DNA of 62,155 bases from the NCBI GenBank assembly GCA_030697645.1, contig JAUYPI010000009.1, positions 1 to 62,155 on the forward strand, given 5' to 3'. Made by a program: the position numbers and the translations under genes. Below are positions 34,354-43,040 of this stretch, in pieces. Positions within the stretch are counted from its first letter, which is position 1, and every line of letters starts with the position of its first letter. Under the pieces are notes generated by a model. It was not told the DNA's origin and made no database searches. It worked only from the letters and a program-made list of their open reading frames with translations. This DNA is from a bacterium. Lineage in GTDB: Bacteria > Patescibacteriota > Minisyncoccia > Phycocordibacterales > VMGT01.

Positions 34354-35901
34354 TTAATGTGCTTGTTGTTTTCGACGTGAAAACCACATGAGTGCCGCGC
34401 TTATGCAGCCGTAGGAGAGCACAACTCCATATACGGGGAGCGGCGGTAGTGCGATTGAGGCAAATGGAAGCGAGGAGAACATACTGGTAACAGTAAGCAT
34501 ATAGCCGAGGAGCGCGGTTGCGAGCCAGGCGAACGGCGTGGCCAGGACCATACTTACCAAGCCGACCACACCAGCGAGAAACCCAAGCAGCATTGTTGCT
34601 GGGACTGCGAGCAATACAAGGAGGTTCGCTGGCAAGGAGACGACCGAAAGTTGTCCTGACTCGAAGAGGAGGAGCGGCAGCACGAAGATCTGCGTTGCGA
34701 TAGTCGCGGTTGCAATCTCGCGAAGTTTGAAGCGCTCGGGAATCAGCGTGAGGTGTGGAGTAATGCGGGGCGCAAGGAGTATCAGCGCGAGCGTCGCGAG
34801 GAAGGAGAGCTGGAACGAGGGGTCGAAGAGAAGAATGAGGGGGTTGTGAAGCGTCATCGCGACTCCGGCGAAGATGAGCGCGCGTGTCATGTCGTAGACG
34901 CGGTCCGTGGCGCGGGCGAGGATTGCGATCACGGCCATCGCGCTCGCGCGGACGACCGTAGCGGACCCGCCGGTCATCAGCGCAAAGAGTACGATACAGA
35001 GCGTTGCGACGAGCCAGGTGAAGCGGCGCGGGAGGACGAGCAGTGAAAAGCGCCTCACCGCGTCCGCAACGATTGAGATATTGTAGCCGGAGAGGACGAC
35101 GACATGGATCAGTCCCACGGCGCGAAAACGATCGAGCAAGTTTTCGCCGAGCGAACGGCGAGCGCCGAGGATGAGACCTCCGAGGAGCGAGGCGTGCGGC
35201 TCCGGGATGAGACGGCTCACACGCTCAAGGAAAGCGCTTTTTAGCGCGAGGAGCGCGCCGACGAGCGTGCTCCCGCCGCCATGAAAGAGGAGCTCGACTT
35301 TTGCCCGTTTGATCTCGAATCGGATGCCGTCTTTGGCGAGGTAGCTTGCGTAGTCGAAGACGCGGCCAGTTCCACTTTCAAAATTTTTTGGTTGCTGGAG
35401 CTCGCCTTCAATCTCGAGTCGGTCGCCGTAGGAGAGTTTTGGAAAAGATGGTGCGACAACGAGCGCGTTTCCGCGGACCGGGAGCGGCGCTCCGCTCCCG
35501 CCGTCGAGTTTTTCGAGCCGTACGGTAAGTCGCGTAGAGCTTTCGCGTTCGTCCGGCTCGGCGACGATGAGACCGGAGACACGCACATGTTCGCCGATGT
35601 GCGCGGCTAGCAGCGAGTCGAGCGGCTTGGCGATTGCCGCGTGCGTGCGGAGTATGCCGAGCGAGAGTGCGATGAAAAAGAGAGCAGCAAAGAGCGCGGG
35701 AGTAAAAGCGCGTGTCGCGCTCACACTTCTCGCGCGCGAGCGCGACACGTCAAGGTACCCCCACGCGCCGAGCACTCCGCCGAGGAGGAGCGTAAACCAA
35801 ACAAAAACAAGCCCGAAGTCGGCAACCGAGCGCAGGAGAATCCCGAGAAAAAATCCGCCGAGCACCGCCGTGACGAGCGTGCGTCTCATCGGCGGTATCA
35901 T
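34354..35901 (-). CDS. comEC: ComEC/Rec2-family DNA internalisation channel (no beta-lactamase domain)
   Basis: 515 aa and polytopic. N-terminal OB-like segment, then a competence-domain pattern of hydrophobic helices. Confidence 0.8.
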   Translation of the reverse strand: MIPPMRRTLVTAVLGGFFLGILLRSVADFGLVFVWFTLLLGGVLGAWGYLDVSRSRARSVSATRAFTPALFAALFFIALSLGILRTHAAIAKPLDSLLAAHIGEHVRVSGLIVAEPDERESSTRLTVRLEKLDGGSGAPLPVRGNALVVAPSFPKLSYGDRLEIEGELQQPKNFESGTGRVFDYASYLAKDGIRFEIKRAKVELLFHGGGSTLVGALLALKSAFLERVSRLIPEPHASLLGGLILGARRSLGENLLDRFRAVGLIHVVVLSGYNISIVADAVRRFSLLVLPRRFTWLVATLCIVLFALMTGGSATVVRASAMAVIAILARATDRVYDMTRALIFAGVAMTLHNPLILLFDPSFQLSFLATLALILLAPRITPHLTLIPERFKLREIATATIATQIFVLPLLLFESGQLSVVSLPANLLVLLAVPATMLLGFLAGVVGLVSMVLATPFAWLATALLGYMLTVTSMFSSLPFASIALPPLPVYGVVLSYGCISAALMWFSRRKQQAH

Positions 35902-35951
35902 AGCACGGTGGCAAAAAGTAATCAGGCGAGCGTCCCAGGGTGTTCGCCAGG

Positions 35952-36191
35952 TTACTTTTTGTCGCCAGGTGGTCCTGACGAGTGCTTTTCACGTCGGGCT
36001 CGTTTGAGGATCGCGGCAAATCGCTCGGGGAGTAGTATGCGTACGCCGAGGAGTTCAAAGCCGATGAGCGCAAGCCAGGAACCCGGAGTGAGTGGCGTGA
36101 TGAGGGCGAGAACTCCAACAATGATGAGCACGACGCCCACGACCTTTTTTATCTTTGGAGAGCGCAAGAGCGCGACGATTCGTGTTTTCAT
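35952..36191 (-). CDS. small membrane protein (PGPGW-like)
   Basis: MKTRIVALL...ITPLTPGSWLALIGFELLG with two TM segments. Confidence 0.45.
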   Translation of the reverse strand: MKTRIVALLRSPKIKKVVGVVLIIVGVLALITPLTPGSWLALIGFELLGVRILLPERFAAILKRARREKHSSGPPGDKK

Positions 36192-36271
36192 GTGTTTAGC
36201 CAGCGGTAACTCATTCGTAACAAGGAATAGCACCGGTTGTCAATGGGTTGTGACGCTGCTATGGTTGAGCC

Positions 36272-37639
36272 ATGGAACGGGAAACACTCGAGAATGTTGG
36301 TCGCATACATTTTGTCGGCGTTGGGGGGATCGGGGTTTCCGCGCTTGCGCGGCTCATGCGCTCGCGAGGGGCGCGCGTCGGCGGCTCGGACGCTCTAGAC
36401 TCGGAGCTCCTCGACGCCCTTCGCCGCGAGGGAATCGCGGTTGCGGTCGGCCACGACAGAGGAAACGTACCGGAGGACACAGAGCTTCTCGTGTACTCCA
36501 GTGCAGTACCGGAAGATAACCAGGAACTCGCGCGCGCACACGAGCTCGGGGCACTCGTCTTGAGCCGCGGCGCCTTCCTCGGCCTTCTCTCGCGCGGCTA
36601 TTACACGATCGCCGTTTCTGGCACGCACGGGAAAACCACAACGACTGCGATGCTTGCGAAGGTGCTTGCCGACGCGGGGCTTAAACCGACGGTACTCGTG
36701 GGGAGTCTTCTTGCCGAGTCGGGGACAAACTTTCTGCCCGGCGGGGAAGTTGAGACGCCGCAGGGTCCGCGGCGCTATCTCGTGGTCGAGGCGTGCGAGT
36801 ACCGGAGGGCGTTTCTTGCGCTCGCGCCTTCTATGGTGGTGATTACGAACATCGAGGAAGACCACCTTGATTATTTTAGAGACATCGCCGACATCGAGCG
36901 CGCGTTTTTGGAGCTTGTAAAGAAACTCCCGCGCGGCGGCGTGTGTATTGCCACCAACGATGTTAAACATCGGATGTCTAACATTTTGAGTGGTGGTGAA
37001 AATGTTCAACACTCGGTGTTGAACACCGACGACGCTCAATGCATTGATTATAACAAGGTTTCCTCTGCTGGGCTTCGCTTGCGTTCTCCTGGCAGGCACA
37101 ATATCGAAAATGCTCAGGCGGTGCTTGCGGCCGCCGAAGCGCTTGGCGTTCCGCGTGCGAGCGCGGTTGTCTCACTTAACGACTTTCGCGGCACATGGCG
37201 CAGGTTCGAGTACAAGGGGCGCATCGACGGGAATGGCGCGCGCGTGTACGACGATTACGCGCACCACCCGAGCGAGATCCGCGCGACGCTTCAGGGGGCG
37301 CGGGAGCTTTTTTCCGGCGAGAAAATTATCGCCGTATTCCAGCCCCATCTTTTCAGTCGTACGCGCCAACTTCTTAAAGGTTTCGCGCAGAGTTTCGGCG
37401 ACGCAGACGAAGTGTTCATCGCAGATATCTATGCTGCTCGTGAGCAGGATGACGGCAGTGTTCACAGCCGCGATCTCGTCGCGGCAGTCGAGAAGCACCA
37501 CCCGCGCGTGCGCTACGGCGGCACGCTTGCACACATCACGGACATACTCAAAAAAGAAACCGCGCCCGAGGACGTCGTCGTCCTCATGGGCGCGGGAGAT
37601 GTGGGGGAGGTGGTCGCTATGTGCAATAGTCGTCTATAG
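36272..37639 (+). CDS. murC: UDP-N-acetylmuramate--L-alanine ligase
   Basis: HFVGVGGIGVSALA, GTHGKTTTTAM, and Mur ligase C-terminal motifs. Confidence 0.95.
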   Translation: MERETLENVGRIHFVGVGGIGVSALARLMRSRGARVGGSDALDSELLDALRREGIAVAVGHDRGNVPEDTELLVYSSAVPEDNQELARAHELGALVLSRGAFLGLLSRGYYTIAVSGTHGKTTTTAMLAKVLADAGLKPTVLVGSLLAESGTNFLPGGEVETPQGPRRYLVVEACEYRRAFLALAPSMVVITNIEEDHLDYFRDIADIERAFLELVKKLPRGGVCIATNDVKHRMSNILSGGENVQHSVLNTDDAQCIDYNKVSSAGLRLRSPGRHNIENAQAVLAAAEALGVPRASAVVSLNDFRGTWRRFEYKGRIDGNGARVYDDYAHHPSEIRATLQGARELFSGEKIIAVFQPHLFSRTRQLLKGFAQSFGDADEVFIADIYAAREQDDGSVHSRDLVAAVEKHHPRVRYGGTLAHITDILKKETAPEDVVVLMGAGDVGEVVAMCNSRL

Positions 37640-37650
37640 GGTCTTTTTTT

Positions 37651-38724
37651 CTACTGTGTCGCCACCGCGCCTTCTTTTTCGAGAAATTGGAATACGGCTT
37701 CATTGGCGAGCATCATTGTGATGTGGGCGCGCGCAGCTTCCGGGTCAGCTTTTGGCTCGCGCTTGAGCGCGAGAGTGGTGAGGCGTTCGATTTCCTTATT
37801 CTGTGGTCGGAGATTCTCGGCGCGCGCGATTTCGTTGAGAACGACTTGGAGTTTTGCATTTTTGTCGGCCTTCGGCCGGAGATCGCGACGGATGTCCTCC
37901 TCGCTTTTCCCGATGTGTGCGAGGTAGTCCGGGAATGCGGCGCCGGAGCGCTCGATGTCGTGCATGAAACGCGCGAGCAAGGCTTCAAGCTCGCTCTCGG
38001 TTATCACCGCGGGTATGGTCGTCTGCGAGCGCTCGACGAGCCGCTCACTCGCCTCGATGCGTTTTTTTTCCGCGAGCCGGAGGCCCTTCTCGTACTTGAT
38101 CTGCCCGCGAAGTTTCTCAGTGAAGTCGGCGACGCTCGCGAACGAACCGATGTCTTTCACGAGCTCGTCTGTGAGCTCGGGGGGCGGCTCGGTATTCTTA
38201 TCGCCATCGACAGCAGCCGCGTTTCTCTTCTGTCGAGTCGCGAGCGCTTGGCGAATCTGAAGCAGTGCATCCGCGACTTCCTGCTCCGTGATTTCGACAG
38301 CGACTTCCTTTCCCCCGAATATCTCGCGCGCGATCGCGCGATAATCTGGAAGTGTTACGGTCGGCATGAGTGCGGTGCGAATGAGGAAGCCGACAGGGTT
38401 TCCGGGGGCACAGCGCGTCAGGCTCACTGATGGCTTTCCAATCGGCGCGAGCCTCTGCTCTTCGATAATGCGCGGATACGCCTCGCGGATCGCGAGCTCC
38501 GCCATGTCCTCAAAGAGGGCCGCTTCGCCGACGTGCGAGAGCAGGATGTTTTCGGAGATGTGCCCCGGCCGAAAGCCGGGAAGACTCACGCGGCCTTGGA
38601 GCGCGCGGAGTACTGCGGCGCGGTGGTTCTCCACTCTCGCAAGTGAGATTTCACCGCGGATTTCAGCCTCGGCGGGGCCGGTTTCGCGAATGACAATATT
38701 GGCGTAGAGCGGTTCGTCAGCCAT
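37651..38724 (-). CDS. tig: trigger factor lacking the PPIase domain
   Basis: N-terminal ribosome-binding signature LPGFRPGHI. The C-terminal arm domain follows directly after a short linker. Start at MADEPLY. Confidence 0.8.
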   Translation of the reverse strand: MADEPLYANIVIRETGPAEAEIRGEISLARVENHRAAVLRALQGRVSLPGFRPGHISENILLSHVGEAALFEDMAELAIREAYPRIIEEQRLAPIGKPSVSLTRCAPGNPVGFLIRTALMPTVTLPDYRAIAREIFGGKEVAVEITEQEVADALLQIRQALATRQKRNAAAVDGDKNTEPPPELTDELVKDIGSFASVADFTEKLRGQIKYEKGLRLAEKKRIEASERLVERSQTTIPAVITESELEALLARFMHDIERSGAAFPDYLAHIGKSEEDIRRDLRPKADKNAKLQVVLNEIARAENLRPQNKEIERLTTLALKREPKADPEAARAHITMMLANEAVFQFLEKEGAVATQ

Positions 38725-38825
38725 TGAGGGCAAGGATAGCAGATACGGAGCAGCATGCAACAGGCAGTATACGGCACGCACGAAACGGCGCTAGTATAGT
38801 GTGCTTATTGCTTGCTGCGTACTGC

Positions 38826-39149
38826 TTATTGCCCGTTTAATTCTGCGTTTATCGCCCCGGTTTCTGCGTCGAGCGAATTGAGAGTGGTCGCGTTGAGATC
38901 GGCATCGATCGCGTCGAGCTCATCCGATGTGCCAACGCTCTGGAGCGATTCGAGGGCGGGATCCCGCTCTGTGGTACTATCGGTCGGAGTCGGCTCGGCG
39001 GCTTCTTTGTCCGCGCGCTCTGCAACGCGGCCGCCGACGATGTAGAGGGCGCCGAGCGCAAGGAGGAGCAGAATCACGATGATCGCGACCGTCGGCCCGA
39101 CTGGTTTGCGGGTCGTTTGCGTCGTTTGTGTAGTGTCTGCGGTGTCCAT
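38826..39149 (-). CDS. membrane-anchored hypothetical protein
   Basis: MDTADTTQTTQTT, then one TM segment (VAIIVILLLLALGALYIV), then an acidic tail. Confidence 0.45.
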   Translation of the reverse strand: MDTADTTQTTQTTRKPVGPTVAIIVILLLLALGALYIVGGRVAERADKEAAEPTPTDSTTERDPALESLQSVGTSDELDAIDADLNATTLNSLDAETGAINAELNGQ

Positions 39150-39186
39150 ATTGAGATACAAGTTTAGCGCACGAGTAGTGATTGTA

Positions 39187-40062
39187 TTATTCGTTTTCCG
39201 TTGTGGTCGCTCCTCCGGCACCCGCGCCTCGACCGGTGTTTGCGCGGATTGCGACGATCGCTTCAACGAGCGCTTGGTGCGCTTTGCGTACAGCGTCTTT
39301 TGCTTCGCCTATTGCCTCGTGTATGGCTTGAAATGCAGCGCGCGGATCTTCCTCGGCGACAGCGGCTTCGAGGTTCGCGCGGATGGCAGCAAGCGTAGCC
39401 GCCGCGGTGTCAATCTCTATCCTCGCTGCGGCGAGGAGCTCTTTCGCGCGCGAGAGGGCTATACTACGGGCTGTCGGTCGTGTGTTCGGCTCTGTGTCGA
39501 GTTTTTCAATGCGCGAGCCTACGCGATCGGCGAGGTTGCGGAGACGCTCGATCGCGGCGTCAAATCTGCGGAGCATGCGCTCCATCAAAGCGCGGACTTG
39601 CGCGCGGGCTGCATCACGGAGCGTCTCTCGGCGCTCGTCTCGGCGTGTCTCCATTTCGGCACGGTTCGTTTCGCGACGCGCATTCATACGAGCACGCAGG
39701 GTCTCTGCGGTCGTCGTACCCATGCGCCGACCGGCACGCTCGCCGCTGCCTTGCATCATAGGGCGCATATTCGCTGGTATGGGCATGGACGTGGGCGTTG
39801 GTTGCCCCGCGTTTTCTCCCCCTTGATTTTGTGCTCTGCTGCGGGTATTTCGGAGTGCATCAAGGCGCTCGGAGCGTTCGATCGGGCGTGCAGGGTCTGC
39901 GGGTGTTGGCGGGAGAAGCGCTGGCGGAGGCGGTGGAGTTCTCGGCGGCTCCTGGGCTCCGGCGAGAGGTACCATCGCCGAGATAAGCATGACGAGAGTA
40001 CTGCCTGCGGCTAGTATAAAAGCGCGACGACTACTCGTGCGCGCATCTGGTACTTGCGACAT
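39187..40062 (-). CDS. secreted or anchored alpha-helical R/E/A-rich protein
   Basis: Signal-like N-terminus, a Pro-rich linker, then long helical repeats. The upstream extension to 40245 would overlap ppa. Confidence 0.5.
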   Translation of the reverse strand: MSQVPDARTSSRRAFILAAGSTLVMLISAMVPLAGAQEPPRTPPPPPALLPPTPADPARPIERSERLDALRNTRSRAQNQGGENAGQPTPTSMPIPANMRPMMQGSGERAGRRMGTTTAETLRARMNARRETNRAEMETRRDERRETLRDAARAQVRALMERMLRRFDAAIERLRNLADRVGSRIEKLDTEPNTRPTARSIALSRAKELLAAARIEIDTAAATLAAIRANLEAAVAEEDPRAAFQAIHEAIGEAKDAVRKAHQALVEAIVAIRANTGRGAGAGGATTTENE

Positions 40063-40162
40063 ATGAGTAAAAATGTTAGATGAGTAAAGCTGCCCCCAGG
40101 ATACACTAAAGCGCGGGGTTTCCGCCACCCCGCGCTGTTGAAAACCCCCCTTGACGATGTTG

Positions 40163-40696
40163 CTATTTTTTTGCCGAGCTATAGCGCTCGCGGTAGAGCT
40201 TTTGCCCCCGCGCAAACGCCGCGCGCGCAGCGCTCGCGCCCGCAAAACCGGTTACTTCAACCACTTTATTCTGGAGCTTTTTGTAGGTTGAGTAAAAGTG
40301 CTCCATTTCGCGAAGCGTGTGTTTGTTGATGTCTCGGAGGTCCTCTGTATCGCCCCAGCGCGGATCGTCGCGCGGCACGGCGATCAGCTTATCGTCCCCC
40401 TCGCCGCCGTCAATCATTCTCATGAGCGCGACAGGTCGCACCCTGACGAGAATCCCCGGGAGCAGCGGATAGGTCGTGAGCACAATGACGTCGAGGGCAT
40501 CGCCGTCGTCCCAGAGCGTCTGCGGCACGAAGCCGTAGTCGAACGGAAAATCCTGCGCCGTGTGTGCGACGCGGTCAAGCGCGATGAGGCCAGTCTCCTT
40601 GTCGACTTCGTACTTATTCTTCGAGCCTTTATTGATCTCGATAATGACGTTGATCGCGTCCGGTTTCCCGGGACTGATGTCGTGCCAGAGGTTCAT
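40163..40696 (-). CDS. ppa: inorganic pyrophosphatase (family I)
   Basis: NVIIEINKGSKNKYEVD and DGDALDVIVL. Confidence 0.95.
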   Translation of the reverse strand: MNLWHDISPGKPDAINVIIEINKGSKNKYEVDKETGLIALDRVAHTAQDFPFDYGFVPQTLWDDGDALDVIVLTTYPLLPGILVRVRPVALMRMIDGGEGDDKLIAVPRDDPRWGDTEDLRDINKHTLREMEHFYSTYKKLQNKVVEVTGFAGASAARAAFARGQKLYRERYSSAKK

Positions 40697-40763
40697 AGTG
40701 GAAATTAAAAATCAAAATGTAAAATGACAATGCAAAATAAAAGAATTATGACATCTCGATGTG

Positions 40764-42122
40764 TTATTTTTCAGGAGTATCATTTGGAATTTTTTCATTG
40801 TCATTTTGATCTTTGATTTTTTCATTTTGCATTTCCTCCAGACTCTCTTCTGATGCCGCCGCAGTATTTTCTATAGAGGCGTCTGTTTCTTTGTCTTCGC
40901 TCTCAGCTCCCTGCGCCGACCTAATGTCAATCTTCCAGCCGGTGAGCTTTGCCGCAAGGCGTACGTTCTGGCCGCCTTTGCCGATCGCGAGCGACTGCTG
41001 TTCCGGGGCAACGGTCGCCGTGGCGCGGTGATCTTGTTCGTCGAGTGCGACCTCAAGCACCCGCGCCGGGGAGAGAGCGTCCTCGATGAACTCAGCCGGA
41101 TCTTCCGACCATTCTATAATATCAATTTTCTCGCCGCCAAGCTCGCTTGTCACAGTGGACACACGTACGCCTCTCTGCCCCACGAGCGATCCCACCGGGT
41201 CCACATGCGCGTCGCTTGAGGCAACGGCGATTTTCGAGCGGGAGCCGGGCTCGCGGGCGATCGTCTTCACCTCGACGGTGCCGCTTGCGATCTCCGGCGA
41301 CTCGATTTCAAAGAGGCGTTTCAGAAATTGTGGGTGCGTGCGCGAGAGGCGGAGGTAGACACCGCGCGGCGAGTCGTCGACGGCGTAGAGATATGCCCGC
41401 ACCCGCTCGCCCTGCCGATAGCGCTCGCCGGGTATTTGTTCCTCGCGCGCGAGGAGCCCCACGGTGCGCCCGAGGTCTATAAAAATATTGCCGCGCTCGA
41501 TGCGCTGCACCGTGCCGGAGACGATTTCCCCCTGCTTGCCGCTGAATTCGCCGAGTACCGACTCACGCTCGGCTTCGCGGAGTTTCTGGATGACGACCTG
41601 CTTTGCGGTCTGCGCGGCGATGCGTCCGAAATCCTCCTTTGGCTCGAGCGGGAAGACGATCTCGTCGCCGAGTGCAACGTCGCGTTTGATCTTGCGGGCA
41701 TCCTCGATGAAGATATGGTGCTCGGGGTTGAAGTTAACGCGCTCGTCTTTCTCCCCGTCCTCGGTATCGTCTCGACCGTCTTCGGGCTCCACCCCTGTCT
41801 CCTCCGAGCTTCGCGCTGTGAGCTTTACGCCGGCTCCGATACTCTTCTCTTCCGCCTTTTCGATCTCACGTGCGCGCTCGTCTTCGCGCTCCTCTGGAGT
41901 GCGGACAAGTGTCTCGTCCACGACTTCTTTCACCTGCTCGAAGGCGGTCGTGCCGGCGTCGGTACTAAAGCGGGCGCGCACGATTTGCCCGCGCTTGCCG
42001 TACTCTTTTTTGTAGGCAGTGGCGAGGGCTTGCTCAATCGCGTCAATAATTTTTTCTCTCTCGATGCCGCGTTCGGATTCAAGCTGTTCGAGTGCGGCAT
42101 TGAGGGCTTTGAGGTCCAACAT
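40764..42122 (-). CDS. nusA: transcription termination/antitermination factor NusA
   Basis: MLDLKALNAALEQLESERGI, S1 (GEIVSGTVQRIERGNIFIDLG), two KH (GQRGVRVSTVTSELGGEKIDII; AIGKGGQNVRLAAKLTGWKIDI). Acidic insertion and an AT-rich-encoded tail. Confidence 0.9.
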   Translation of the reverse strand: MLDLKALNAALEQLESERGIEREKIIDAIEQALATAYKKEYGKRGQIVRARFSTDAGTTAFEQVKEVVDETLVRTPEEREDERAREIEKAEEKSIGAGVKLTARSSEETGVEPEDGRDDTEDGEKDERVNFNPEHHIFIEDARKIKRDVALGDEIVFPLEPKEDFGRIAAQTAKQVVIQKLREAERESVLGEFSGKQGEIVSGTVQRIERGNIFIDLGRTVGLLAREEQIPGERYRQGERVRAYLYAVDDSPRGVYLRLSRTHPQFLKRLFEIESPEIASGTVEVKTIAREPGSRSKIAVASSDAHVDPVGSLVGQRGVRVSTVTSELGGEKIDIIEWSEDPAEFIEDALSPARVLEVALDEQDHRATATVAPEQQSLAIGKGGQNVRLAAKLTGWKIDIRSAQGAESEDKETDASIENTAAASEESLEEMQNEKIKDQNDNEKIPNDTPEK

Positions 42123-42128
42123 AGGATT

Positions 42129-42262
42129 AAATTTCCAAATTCCAAAAAACAAGCTCCAAACAAATTCCAATGATTCAAATTTAATTTCCAAACACGACGT
42201 TCGTGTTTGGGATTTAACGCATTGGAATTTGTTTGGAACTTGTTGGTTGGAAGTTGGAGCTT
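42129..42262. repeat. TTCCAAA-word palindromic element, family E copy 2
   Basis: Long imperfect hairpin centred on CCAAACACGACG-ttcg-TGTTTGG. Lies between the clpP terminator and the nusA ATG. Confidence 0.85.
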
Positions 42263-42291
42263 ATAAAGAAATGTCCGCTCTTCGCGGACAT
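42263..42291 (-). terminator. clpP terminator
   Basis: ATGTCCGC/GCGGACAT stem followed on the minus strand by TTCTTT. Confidence 0.6.
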
Positions 42292-42334
42292 CCATGAGAT
42301 AAGTGTAGCAGCGCGCGGCACTCCTGTCAATCTT

Positions 42335-42919
42335 CTATTGTTTCGTTTTATAAATCGTGTCAACGATGCCGTATTTTTTGGCGTCCTCGGCGGTCATGAA
42401 GAAGTCGCGGTCCGCGTCCTTCTCCACCTTCTCGAGCGGCTGGCCGGTGCATTTGGCGAGAATTTTGTTGAGCTTCTCTCGCATCTCAACGATGTGCTTT
42501 GCGGTGCGTTCAATGTCCGCGGCCTGGCCTTGGACGCCCCCCCACGGCTGGTGAATCATCACTTCGGCGTTCGGGAGCGCGAAGCGCTTGCCGCGCGTGC
42601 CGCCGGCAAGGAGTATCGCTGCTCCCGAGGCTGCCAGGCCGACACAGACGGTCGAGACGTCCGGTTTGACGTAGTTGAGCGTATCGAGTATCGCGAGCGT
42701 CGCCGTGACCGATCCGCCCGGGGAGTTGATATAGAGGCTGATGTCTTTCTTTGGGTCCTCAGAGGCGAGAAAGAGAAGCTGGGCGATCACGATATTCGCC
42801 GAGTAGTCTTCGATCGGCCCGCCAAGGAAGACGATACGGTCTTTGAGCAGACGTGAATAGATGTCATACGCCCGCTCGCCGAACTGCGATTTTTCGATAA
42901 CGGTTGGAATGAGAATCAT
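42335..42919 (-). CDS. clpP: ATP-dependent Clp protease proteolytic subunit
   Basis: [36 protein letters not shown]. Confidence 0.95.
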   Translation of the reverse strand: MILIPTVIEKSQFGERAYDIYSRLLKDRIVFLGGPIEDYSANIVIAQLLFLASEDPKKDISLYINSPGGSVTATLAILDTLNYVKPDVSTVCVGLAASGAAILLAGGTRGKRFALPNAEVMIHQPWGGVQGQAADIERTAKHIVEMREKLNKILAKCTGQPLEKVEKDADRDFFMTAEDAKKYGIVDTIYKTKQ

Positions 42920-43040
42920 GGTGCCAGTATTATGTAAAAAGTTGGCGCAAGATGCAATAGCTTATAGATTACGTTGGTCAGACACGAGCTTTTAGCACGA
43001 CGAACGCTGTCCCTAAAAGCTAACAGCTCTAAGCTAAAAG

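Noticed and set aside
35641-36519. 292-aa plus-strand ORF spanning the comEC 5' end, a small membrane gene and the murC start
   Set aside because: It crosses three better-supported genes on both strands and has a low-complexity R/S-rich sequence.
39079-40014. 311-aa plus-strand ORF opposite the helical secreted protein
   Set aside because: It is Cys/Arg-rich with no signal or motif. The minus-strand frame has a signal-like N-terminus and a coherent helical repeat pattern.
41328-42173. 281-aa ORF antisense to nusA
   Set aside because: NusA S1 and KH motifs define the minus frame.
42123-42191. N-terminal extensions of nusA, yebC (23156-23287), rnpA (10070-10126), jag (11231-11290), rpmH (9884-9931) and pcrA (57289-57969) in the ORF track
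   Set aside because: The extra codons simply read through the palindromic repeat elements. Conserved protein N-termini begin at the internal ATGs.
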